From an uncultured Gammaproteobacteria bacterium (GTDB lineage: Bacteria > Pseudomonadota > Gammaproteobacteria > JABCZS01), in the NCBI GenBank assembly GCA_963848305.1, contig CAWKDC010000001.1, positions 224,001-288,000 of the forward strand: a DNA stretch of 64,000 nucleotides. Reading direction: 5' to 3'. This document shows positions 1 through 9,572 of the stretch, piece by piece. Numbering within the stretch: position 1 is the stretch's first letter; every line of letters begins with the position of its first letter. The notes under the pieces are model-generated. The model worked only from the letters and a program-made list of their open reading frames with translations. It was not told the DNA's origin and did not search any database. The position numbers and the translations under genes are program-made.

Positions 1-2
1 CG

Positions 3-428
3 GAATTCAATGTTGACATGAAGCCGGGCTGGCTTATCACAAAGAATATTTTAACTTACGCCAGGGTCGGACTCGCTCTGAATAACATTGATATCGATAG
101 TCATGCATCATGGACCACCATCAACACAGATCCATTGGGCGGATATCCTGCTCCCTACACGCTCAGTGCTCATGGTTCATCTCATGAATCGAACACTGCC
201 TACGGCATTCGTTTGGGCTTGGGTGCTGAGTTTTTAGTGACTGAACATCTTGGCCTAACAGTTGATTATATTTACTCGTATTATGGGACAGTCACTACCG
301 CATCAGCAAATGATGCAAGTACGGCACTGGTTGGCCCACCACAATACTATGATATCGGCGGCACAGACGCACCCGTAGTAACGGTATCAACACAAACAGC
401 TATGCTAGGGTTGCTCTATCATTGGTAA
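3..428 (+). CDS. Outer membrane beta-barrel protein (5' part outside window)
   Basis: Frame is open from the window start (EFNVDMKPGWLIT...). It aligns with 11363-12202 (EFDIDLKPGYLIT, GIRLGLGxE, TQTAMLGLxYH-aromatic) and ends in an aromatic residue. Confidence 0.8.
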   Translation, partial: EFNVDMKPGWLITKNILTYARVGLALNNIDIDSHASWTTINTDPLGGYPAPYTLSAHGSSHESNTAYGIRLGLGAEFLVTEHLGLTVDYIYSYYGTVTTASANDASTALVGPPQYYDIGGTDAPVVTVSTQTAMLGLLYHW

Positions 429-452
429 AGGTGCAGCATGCTGCACCTTTAC
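425..452. terminator. Perfect 28-bp palindrome, probable bidirectional terminator
   Basis: GTAAAGGTGCAGCATGCTGCACCTTTAC lies between convergent genes. Confidence 0.6.
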
Positions 453-471
453 GGTAGGTTGTTGTGATCTA

Positions 472-1002
472 TTAGTTAGCAGGGGTAGCTTCCACTGCGA
501 GGCAGACTGGCATATCATTCAATAAATATTTCTCGTATCCTGCTGGGCAATTCTTTGGGTCATAAAAGCACCTGTATTCTTGTTTCGTCGTTTTGCTGCT
601 ATCGATTCTCGTGATAACATAGGGATCTTGGCATGAATTTATAGCCCCATTTCTGCATTCCGCATCTAATGCATAGCATATAGTAATCTTTTGACAGGGA
701 TCGCCAATTTTTATATCAAAATTACAGGGAGGATTATTTGGCAGGCAAACCGGACCAGTAGTTAGGATGGTTTGACTATTAGTGTGCCTTACCTTACCAC
801 ATACGGCTGTTTCTTCTGTTGCACAGACAGCCGGGTTGACAGATACCCCGCACGTCGGCGAACCATTGACGCATGTGGCTGCTATCGAGTTGCCACAACT
901 GGGCGTTGTTAATGTACCACACCAAGCCGTTGTGACGGTTAAAGCTGTGCAGAGGGTCGTTAAAAGTAATCTTCTTGTGATGTGAATCATACTGGTCTCC
1001 AT
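472..1002 (-). CDS. Cysteine-rich secreted hypothetical protein
   Basis: 176-aa ORF with a signal-peptide-like N-terminus (RRLLLTTLCTALTVTTAWC) and many Cys. Confidence 0.65.
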   Translation of the reverse strand: METSMIHITRRLLLTTLCTALTVTTAWCGTLTTPSCGNSIAATCVNGSPTCGVSVNPAVCATEETAVCGKVRHTNSQTILTTGPVCLPNNPPCNFDIKIGDPCQKITICYALDAECRNGAINSCQDPYVITRIDSSKTTKQEYRCFYDPKNCPAGYEKYLLNDMPVCLAVEATPAN

Positions 1003-1198
1003 AAGAAAAGGATTTTATATATATTAGATGATGGTATCTGAAATGGAAAGGCGTATAGGAAAGATAGTTCATTTAAATGCCAGTTAAATTGATTTTGCGA
1101 TCCCTTTGTTCACTAATCTTACTTGCTCAACATGTGTCATGTTGCAGTATTTATGGTAAAATATTGACATTTGAATTTTAAAGGAGCGAGGGTCTACT

Positions 1199-1833
1199 AT
1201 GGGCGAATTGCATTATGCAGCTGCCGCAGGGTCAGCCGAATCAGTCCGATTATTGCTTTCCTTAGGCGCTGATCCACACGCTAAAATTATACCTAGTGCA
1301 AATGAATCGGTTTATCTAAGGTTAAGAAAGCAACCAGCACTACCAGCTCTAAGAACCATCAATGGGTCGGTACCATTTTATGGATGGCACCTGAATTGAT
1401 ATCGACAGATCCCAAGTACAGCCAACAATCAGACATTTTTGCACTAGCAATCACCTTTTGGGAGATAGCCTCAAGCAAGATACCATTCGAAGAGGCCGAT
1501 AATTCAGTTGTGCCAGTCCTCATCGCCAGAGGAGATCGCGAAAAAATTCCTGCTGACTGCCCCCCAGAGTTTGGTCGCATTATCACACGTTGCTGGGCAC
1601 AAAAAGCGAGTGATCGTCTCGCGCTGGACAACGTAATTACTGAATTGAAACAAATGCATGGTGTTTCATCTGCTCCTGCAGCCGCATCATTGCCTGCCTA
1701 TCGAAACAATGTTGCACCTGCATCATCGGGTGCTTATACGCAACCGCAGCAACGGCCTCAGTATCAAGTAAATAATGTAAATTCTTTAACATCGACAACA
1801 CCCAACCCATTTACACAATTAAATAGGAAATGA
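1199..1833 (+). pseudogene. Internally deleted ankyrin-kinase gene (one ankyrin repeat fused out of frame to a kinase C-lobe and Q/N tail)
   Basis: 1199-1300 encodes LHYAAAAGSAESVRLLLSLGADP (ankyrin). From 1309 another frame reads GLSKVKKATSTTSSKNHQWVGTILWMAPEL...SDIFALAITFWE, closely paralogous to 5110-5677. The N-lobe, HRD and the DF of DFG are missing. Confidence 0.85.
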
Positions 1834-1837
1834 AATT

Positions 1838-3097
1838 ATGCTAAATCCAAATCGAGGATTAAATAATGTCTCGCAGATACCTGCAGAGCTTTCTGCCCTG
1901 CGTGTTAGAGCTCATTCTGGAGATAAAGAAGCGCAGTTTCAGTGGGGCGTAGAATATCATACCGGGAAAAATATACCGCAGGATTTGAATAAGGCTGCAC
2001 ATTGGTATTTGCAATCTGCAAACCAAGAGCATCGTAGCGCACAATTTAATTTAGGATTTCTTTATCAGAATTTGAATCTTCCACAATATTTGCCTTCAGC
2101 CATCTATTGGTATAAAAAAGCAGCAGCAAATGGCAGTACGCGCGCTCAGAAAGCATTGGAGCAATTGGATGAAGTCGAAAAACCCAAACAAGAAAATCCA
2201 GCGGTCGCTCCTGTTGCAAACGCTAATAACAATAATAATAAAGTAACTGAACCTAAAAAAACTTTAGTGCGCCCACCTGTAATCCCCTACAAAGCATTAA
2301 CCATTGGTAAAAAATTGGGCGAAGGTGCTTTTGGTGTTGTGTATCAAGCAAAGCGCGGATTAGAAGATGTCGTGGTGAAACAATTAAAATTACAGCCAAA
2401 TCAAGGATTATCTCCTGAGGCATTGGTTGATTTTGAAAATGAAGCCGGCGTTCTGGAGAAATTGCGCTCTCAATTCATTATCGCAATACGAGGTATTTGC
2501 ACACAACCCTATTGCATGGTCTTAGAATTTGCCTCGGGAGGTTCATTAGATGATTTGTTAAGGAAAAACACTTCATTAGATTGGGGTAAAAAATTAACCA
2601 TTGCATCGGATATTGGTAAAGGCTTAGCTTTTTTGCACAGCCAAGATCCTATTATATTACATCGAGATTTGAAAAGTGAAAATATATTACTCGATGAAAA
2701 TGGGCGTGCAAAATTAGGGGATTTTGGTTTGGCTAAATTAAAATATAAAACGCAAGTCACCACAGGAGCCGCAGGCACCATAACCCATATTGCACCAGAG
2801 TTGTTCACGGCGCGCCCACATCATAGCGAGGCAAGCGATGTGTACGCCTACGGGATCGTTTTATGTGAAATTGCCACGCGTCAAAAGCCCTTTGCGGGCA
2901 TACATCCTTATGATATTGCGCCCAAAGTCCTCCAAGGGGTACGTCCAGTCTTCGAACCAGAAAAAACAAACCCGCGCACCGCACCCGAGTATGCAGTATT
3001 GGTTGTGCATGCTTGGTCTCAAAAAGCTGAAAGCCGTCCCAAAATTACCGAGATTGTTCAGGGGATTGAAGAGCAGAAGAAGAAATTAGGTAAATAA
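1838..3097 (+). CDS. Sel1-repeat + eukaryote-like TKL-type protein kinase
   Basis: Two Sel1 repeats (AQFQWGVEY..AAHWYLQSA; AQFNLG..WYKKAA). Intact kinase motifs: GEGAFG, VVVK, HRDLKSEN, DFG, APE. Confidence 0.9.
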   Translation: MLNPNRGLNNVSQIPAELSALRVRAHSGDKEAQFQWGVEYHTGKNIPQDLNKAAHWYLQSANQEHRSAQFNLGFLYQNLNLPQYLPSAIYWYKKAAANGSTRAQKALEQLDEVEKPKQENPAVAPVANANNNNNKVTEPKKTLVRPPVIPYKALTIGKKLGEGAFGVVYQAKRGLEDVVVKQLKLQPNQGLSPEALVDFENEAGVLEKLRSQFIIAIRGICTQPYCMVLEFASGGSLDDLLRKNTSLDWGKKLTIASDIGKGLAFLHSQDPIILHRDLKSENILLDENGRAKLGDFGLAKLKYKTQVTTGAAGTITHIAPELFTARPHHSEASDVYAYGIVLCEIATRQKPFAGIHPYDIAPKVLQGVRPVFEPEKTNPRTAPEYAVLVVHAWSQKAESRPKITEIVQGIEEQKKKLGK

Positions 3098-3117
3098 ATA
3101 CAATCAAGGGGCGTATT

Positions 3118-5677
3118 GTGTTAAGAAAAATATTCACTGGAACTAGAATTTCACAAGACACACTCAAAAGAGTGCGTAATAATGATTCTGAGTTAACCAC
3201 ATTACATTTAGCGGTACAAGAATTAACTGATGAAGATATATTAATTCTGTGTGATGCACTTAAAACAAACACAACGCTAAGCGAGCTTCGCCTTGACAAC
3301 AACAGTATCAGTGCTAAAGGCGCTCAGGCTTTAGCCAAGAATACAACCCTGACCGATCTTCACCTTAGCTACAACAATATCGGTGATGAAGGAGCCCAAG
3401 CCTTGGCTCAAAACACCACGTTACGCAACCTTTTTCTTGCAAATTGCGAAATCGGGGATATTGGCGCTGCGGCCCTTGCCAAGAATACCACCCTGATTAC
3501 ACTTTTCCTAGACTGTAACACCCATATCGGTGCTGTAGGCGCCCAAGCTTTGGCTCAAAACACCAAGCTGCACACGCTTTTCCTTCGATATTGCAAAATG
3601 GGGGATATTGGCGCTGCGGCTCTTGCCAGGACTAGCACCCTGATTGAACTTGACCTTACTATGAACCACATCAGTGATACAGGCGCCCAGGCTCTGGCTC
3701 AAAACTCATCGTTGATAAGGCTTGAACTTGACTCCAACAATATCAGTGATAGAGGCGCTCAGGCCTTGGCTACAAACTTTACAATGTTCAAGCTTAGCCT
3801 TTCGAACAACCAAATCGGTGCTTCAGGGGCTCAAGCCTTGGCTCAAAACACCATGCTGTTCACGCTTAACCTTAGTAACGAAGGGCACTCCTTAACTGGC
3901 TATGGCCGCAACAAAATCGGTGATACAGGGCCAGGCTCTGGCTATGAATACCACACTGATCACACTTGAACTTGATGGCAACAAAATCAGTGATGTAGGT
4001 GCGCAGGCTTTGGCTAGGAGCAGCACGCTAGACAGACTTGGCCTTAGTTACAACAATATCAGTGATGTAGGTGCGCAGGCTTTGGCCAGGAACGGCACGC
4101 TAAACAGTCTTGGCCTTAGTTACAACAATATTAGCGAGGTAGGTGCCCAGGCTCTGGCTCAAAATACTTTGTTGACTGAGCTTGGTATGTATGGCCTCAA
4201 AATCAGCGAGAAAATCAGAGTTAATAATTGGAATGCGCTGCGTAAAAATAAAGATAAGCATAGAGAACGATCAAAGGCACTTATTTCAGCATGTAAATCC
4301 CAAAACCTATCACAGGTTAAATTGCTTCTCCAACAAGGCGTTCGCCCCTATGGAGAATACATCGATAACGCACCTCAAAACTCAACTAATGAAACATTCT
4401 TGCATTTAGCAGTACGTTTGCGTAATGCTGAATTGCTTGCGTTACTTTTGCCGAGAAATCCAGAGACCTCAGCAAGGAATGCTGATCACCTTACTTATAT
4501 AGAACTTGCCAAACAGATTGGATTTCCCATTGCTACGACAGCTGATTATACCAAACCAACGCCTGCAATCAGTTCAGCAAGCACAAGTTCGAGTTCGAGC
4601 ACAACCTCAAACCGCCCAGCTCCAGCGGCGCCTAATCTTATGAATGACGCCGGGAAAATTACTTTAGAGCTAAACATTCCCTTTAAACAACTCAAAATAG
4701 GTAAAGAATTAGGTCGGGGCGGATTTGGGATAGTGTATCAAGCAGCGATGGGGCATCAAGACGTTGCGGTAAAACAATTACAGCAAAAGTTATCTAGTGA
4801 TGCATTTGATGAGTTTCAAAAAGAAACAACACTCATGGCGCGATTACGTAATCCTAAGATTGTGCAGTTATATGGTGTATGTATTGAAAAGGACAGCCCG
4901 TTATGTATGGTGATGGAATTTATGTCTAATGGTTCTTTGTATGATTTCTTACATGGTAAATCCCCATTGCTTTGGCCGCTGTGTATGCAAATGGCCTTAG
5001 ACATGGCATTAGGATTACATTATTTACATGCATCACAAATTTTGCATCGTGATATAAAAAGTCCTAACGTATTATTAGATAAAAACATGAATGCCAAGCT
5101 CACGGATTTTGGTTTGTCTAAGGTTAAGAAAGAAACCAGCTCTACCAGCACCATGCATCATAAAGTAGTGGGCACTGCCTTATGGATGGCCCCAGAGCTC
5201 ATGGCACGTGCTCCAGCATACAGTGTACAATCTGATATTTTTGCATTAGCGATTACATTTTGGGAGCTTACATCCCGGAAGTTACCTTTTGAAGATACAG
5301 ATAACGCTGTTGTGCCCACATTGGTAATGAATGGCGAGCGTGAGGCAATTCCCGCTCATTGTACGCCAGGATTTAAAAGCATTATCACGCGCTGCTGGGC
5401 GCAAAAGGCAAATGATCGCCCTGGATTAGATATACTTATTTCTGAATTAAAACAAATGCAAGGAAATGTACCTGCCTCTGCACCTGGGATTGCAGCAATT
5501 CCTGCGCCAATTCACGCAGCAACGCCTGCTGCAAGACCTGCCTATCAAAACAATATAGCGCCGCCTTCGTCTTCTCCTAGTTATATGCAACAACAACAGC
5601 CTTTCTATCAAGTAAATAATTTAAATTCAGCATCATCGGGATCATCCAATCCCTTTAATCAATTCAATAGGAAATAA
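3118..5677 (+). CDS. LRR-ankyrin-TKL kinase, split by a frameshift at ~3930 (ORFs 3118-3969 and 3902-5677)
   Basis: 24-aa GAxALA LRR repeats continue across the frameshift (ACAGGGCCAGGCTCTG vs repeat consensus ACAGGCGCCCAGGCTCTG). Ankyrin repeat TFLHLAV. Kinase motifs GRGGFG, VAVK, HRDIKSPN, DFG, APE are intact. Confidence 0.85.
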
Positions 5678-5679
5678 AA

Positions 5680-7410
5680 ATGTTAGAAGTACTTGTTCAT
5701 ATTTATAACATAGCCTATCGGATTTGCAATCAAGTTGATCTTGCTCATGCAAATAAAAATCAATGCAAACGACTTGGTCTGCGCGTCAAATTAACAGTGG
5801 ATACGGTTCGTGATCTTGAAAAGAAATATGATGATGTACAGTATCAACCTGCTTTAACGAACTTGTGCGTTACATTGCAGCATTGTGATGAATTTATTGG
5901 CCAGTTTGGGCATAAAAATTGGGTGCAACGAGTGTTTAAAGCAGGAAATGATAAACTTGAATTTGAAGCAATTAATTTGAGTTTGCTTCAAGCAAATCAA
6001 TTGCTCAGTTTGGGTATCAACATTCAACAGGTGTTTGATCATGAACAAGATAAATCTGACCAGGCGGCAGATCAAGCCGCTATCATGGAAATGCTGTTCG
6101 TTATTGAAACGGCAGTTAATGCTAATCATAAAGAGCAAATGGCCGCCCATAAAGCATTACAAGAAATCATTGCGCAGCAATTTGTTTCTATGCGGGAAAG
6201 TTTTGAAGTCAAAATGGGCCGCCGTATGCAACCCAAATATAATATAGATCCTAAGCTGCATATATCTGTAAGTGATATTGATATATTAGAGAAAATTGCC
6301 GAAGGTTCATTGGGATTTATTTATAAAGGAACTTGGAATAATCGCACTGTTGCTGTTAAAACTTTAAAACTTCAATCAGCAGAAGGGGAAAAAGCACTTG
6401 TGCGTGAAGCGCAAATCATGAGCTCACTTATTCATCCAAATATTACACCTTTTTATGGCGTTTGTTTGGAAGCAGGACGCGTGTGTTTGATAATGGCGCA
6501 TCTTCAGAATGGTTCGCTATATGATTTTTTACTGAAAAAAAAATTAAGCTTAACCGAGCAACATACTATTGCGCTAGGGATCGTTGAGGGATTGGCTTAC
6601 CTGCATCAACAAAATAAATTGCATCGTGATTTAAAAAGTAAGAATGTGCTATTAAATGATAAATTGCAACCTAAATTACATAACTTTGGCTTGGCAAAAG
6701 TATTGGGTAATACCGTCATCAATAGTGCCCCAATCCAAGATACATTTTCTGAATGGGCAGCGCCAGAAACATTGCGGAACATAGGTCATTATACTGTAGC
6801 TAGTGATGTCTATAGCCTGGGTGTTGTTTTATGGGAAGTGTTTACCCAGAAAAGACCCCATTCACAACTATCGCAAATGCGCACAGATATGCCAAGCACT
6901 GTCCCGTCTGTGTATGTGAAAATTATTTCAGCTTGTTTGGATCAAGAACCAAATAAACGGCCAGTTTTAACAGACATAATGCAACAATTAAAAACTTATG
7001 AAACCCATCATGAGATTGATTCACGAAACATTTATTCTCAAGCACAAGAACAGGAGAGCAAGAAAAATTTTTTCGTAGCTTTCGAATTGTATAAACAATC
7101 AGCAGAGTTAGGGTATAAACGCGGATACACTAATGTTGGAACATTTTATCTAACAGGACGTGGTGGAGTTGTCCCTGTAGACAAGCCACAAGCTTACACT
7201 TGGTTTTTGCAAGGTGCAAAAGCAGGGCATGCACGTGCGCAATATAATGCGGCTGAAATGTTAAATACTGGTGATGGAATACCCAAAGATCAGCGAGCAG
7301 CACGACAATGGTATCGAACTGCTGCGCGCCAACAATATGAAATTGCTAAAATTCGGTGCGCAGAACTCAATATTGATACTGCACGTAGTCGTAGCGTTTC
7401 TCCAAAATAG
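5680..7410 (+). CDS. MLKL-like protein: N-terminal four-helix-bundle-like domain, pseudokinase, Sel1 repeats
   Basis: N-terminus (..NKNQCKRLGLRV..F..KNWVQRVFKAGNDKLEFEAIN..L..LSL) resembles the MLKL 4HB/brace region. The kinase fold has an AEGSLG loop, VAVK and HRD, with NFG replacing DFG. C-terminal Sel1 repeats. Confidence 0.8.
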   Translation: MLEVLVHIYNIAYRICNQVDLAHANKNQCKRLGLRVKLTVDTVRDLEKKYDDVQYQPALTNLCVTLQHCDEFIGQFGHKNWVQRVFKAGNDKLEFEAINLSLLQANQLLSLGINIQQVFDHEQDKSDQAADQAAIMEMLFVIETAVNANHKEQMAAHKALQEIIAQQFVSMRESFEVKMGRRMQPKYNIDPKLHISVSDIDILEKIAEGSLGFIYKGTWNNRTVAVKTLKLQSAEGEKALVREAQIMSSLIHPNITPFYGVCLEAGRVCLIMAHLQNGSLYDFLLKKKLSLTEQHTIALGIVEGLAYLHQQNKLHRDLKSKNVLLNDKLQPKLHNFGLAKVLGNTVINSAPIQDTFSEWAAPETLRNIGHYTVASDVYSLGVVLWEVFTQKRPHSQLSQMRTDMPSTVPSVYVKIISACLDQEPNKRPVLTDIMQQLKTYETHHEIDSRNIYSQAQEQESKKNFFVAFELYKQSAELGYKRGYTNVGTFYLTGRGGVVPVDKPQAYTWFLQGAKAGHARAQYNAAEMLNTGDGIPKDQRAARQWYRTAARQQYEIAKIRCAELNIDTARSRSVSPK

Positions 7411-7479
7411 TTATCATCATGTTTTTAATGAAAGGTAAGATAGTACGGGATACTTATTTTTGATCGGCCAAATCCACAT

Positions 7480-8489
7480 ATGGAAGGTTTTGAAAGAAGG
7501 TGCAATACAATGATGTTACATGATAGGGCAGCAGAATATATGGCCAGATTTGGGACAGCATCCTCTGTTGCGCTCCTTGATCCGGCCTGTCACATTTTCT
7601 GCGGGACAGTTGTGTCGGGGATCATTGGCTACAAATTGTATTCGAATGATGTGATTGTTTTTGGGGATCCATTGTGCGAGCCTGCCAATCTGCACATTCT
7701 CATGCGTGAATTTGAAGATCATTTTGATCAACTATCTAGAAATATCGTCTATGTGGCTACCAGTGAAAATTTTGCACTGGCTTCTTCAGCATCGCATTGT
7801 GAAGCGCTTGTCGGTATTGGACACGAAATTATTTTAAATCCCACCCATGATCCCCGCTGCGAAACAGGGAAAGAAGCTTCTCATTTGCGTGGCAAATGCA
7901 ACCAAGCTGTGCACCAGGGGGTAATCGTGTCTGAATATATTGAGCCTAATATTACACTCGAAAAAAACATGGAAGATTTGGGGGAAACTTGGGTGAAAGG
8001 TCGTGAAGGTGCCCTCAAATTTATCTGCACCATGTAGATGTTTTTGCTCATAGAGAATATAAACGATACTTTTATGCTGAGCAACGGGGGAAATTGATCG
8101 GTTTTGTCATATTAAATCGAATGGAAGCGCATCACGGTTGGTTGCTGAGTTTATCACTTATTCATCAAGATGCACCCAAAGGAACGTCGGAGTTATTGAT
8201 TGTGTCTATTTTGGAAAAGTTAGGGAAGGAGAATTGTGAATATTTGACAATTGGGACAGTTCCTATCTCGACAATTGAAACAATCCAGGGGTTTGGAATA
8301 TTTAAAAGTATGTTGATCCGTGCCGGTTACGCATTGGCAAAACGATTTTTCAATCTGCATGATCGTGAATGTTATTGGAAAAAATTTCACCCGCGTATTG
8401 AGAACACGTACCTTGTTTTCAGAAAGCATAAGCTTGGTCTGACAGATGTTTTGAGCATCATCTGGGCTTTAAATGCTGCTGATGTCTAG
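7480..8489 (+). CDS. DUF2156 / phosphatidylglycerol lysyltransferase C-terminal-like protein, frameshifted at ~8010
   Basis: GDPLC motif in the first ORF and APKGTSELLI in the second. The second frame is open from ~8012 (PQIYLHHVDVFAHREYKRYFYAE). True start may be 7510 or 7513. Confidence 0.7.
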
Positions 8490-8495
8490 GGGGCT

Positions 8496-9440
8496 TTAGA
8501 AATATTTCTTGCCGCTACTGCCTTGTTTCGACACAGGGGTGCTGCTTGCAGAGGGGTTTGACGCTTGCCTCCAAGAATCCCTCCAGGAATTTAGAGTGGT
8601 CGCAACAGGAGGAATGTATTCTTGCCCTACAACTGTATTTGGGCGCCTAACTTCTGGCTGAGCAGGCTCCCTGACTACTGGATTGGTATTGGACGGTGAA
8701 GATTGTGCTGCTGCAAGAATTTTTCTAGCATGAGTGAGCGCTATATTCGTCGAGGATGACGAAGATGGGGAAGATGACGAAGATGGGGAAGATGACGAAG
8801 ATGGGGAAGATGATGGGGATGACAGATTTGTATTTTCTCCCGAAACTTGCTTAAAGCCGTTTGTTTGTTGAATTGCAGATCGCGTCATTCGCGAATCAGA
8901 TGTGGTTGCCCTTGCTGTTGAAGAAGTCCCAGTGCTCGAATAGTCACGTTTAAAAAAAGAAATTGGTGAAGGTGACGAGAACGAAGATGACGTGGAACGC
9001 GTGTTTGATGATGCTGAAGATGTTTCTCTGGTAGGCGCAAAATTACCTGATCTCATCTCTGTATATATCGCTTGTAAACCTTGAGGCAAATGATTGTTTT
9101 GAAATGATTCAGAGCTAGAGTTTGACGAATCAGGTGAAGAATAGGCGCCAGAGGAGATAGACGGTTCGTCTGTAGATTGGCTTAAATTCGAAACCCATTC
9201 ACGAAAAGCAGGTATCTGATTAAGCCCCTTAAACAACTCCCCGATCAGCGTCAAAAATCCTACGCCTGATTGCGTTTCTTCAGGAGAATTTTCAGTGGAA
9301 TCTTCAGGGCTATTATCATCAACACCGGCTTGAACAATCGGGATATAAGCCCTGTTGCGATTTATTCTTTCTTGCAACGTTTGCGCAAGAGTAGTGCCGT
9401 ATAAACTATTGTGTAATGCATTATTGTTTGATCCAAACAC
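8496..9440 (-). CDS. Ser-rich, largely disordered hypothetical protein (effector-like)
   Basis: 314-aa ORF with a GTG start after an AGGAG RBS; low complexity. Confidence 0.6.
   Translation of the reverse strand: MFGSNNNALHNSLYGTTLAQTLQERINRNRAYIPIVQAGVDDNSPEDSTENSPEETQSGVGFLTLIGELFKGLNQIPAFREWVSNLSQSTDEPSISSGAYSSPDSSNSSSESFQNNHLPQGLQAIYTEMRSGNFAPTRETSSASSNTRSTSSSFSSPSPISFFKRDYSSTGTSSTARATTSDSRMTRSAIQQTNGFKQVSGENTNLSSPSSSPSSSSSPSSSSSPSSSSSTNIALTHARKILAAAQSSPSNTNPVVREPAQPEVRRPNTVVGQEYIPPVATTLNSWRDSWRQASNPSASSTPVSKQGSSGKKYF
8752..8823. repeat. 18-bp coding tandem repeat (about 3-4 copies, SSSPSS)
   Basis: GAAGATGGGGAAGATGAC repeated at 8761, 8779 and 8797. Confidence 0.8.
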
Positions 9441-9572
9441 TGGTCTTTCTCCTAGTTAAAGTATTTCATATGTTCACATCATAACAGGACAGGGGCAAAT
9501 TGCAATACTAATATGATGCCCATGATGACTGCTGTGCATTTGTCTTTATGCTAAAATCACTCATCAATCATT

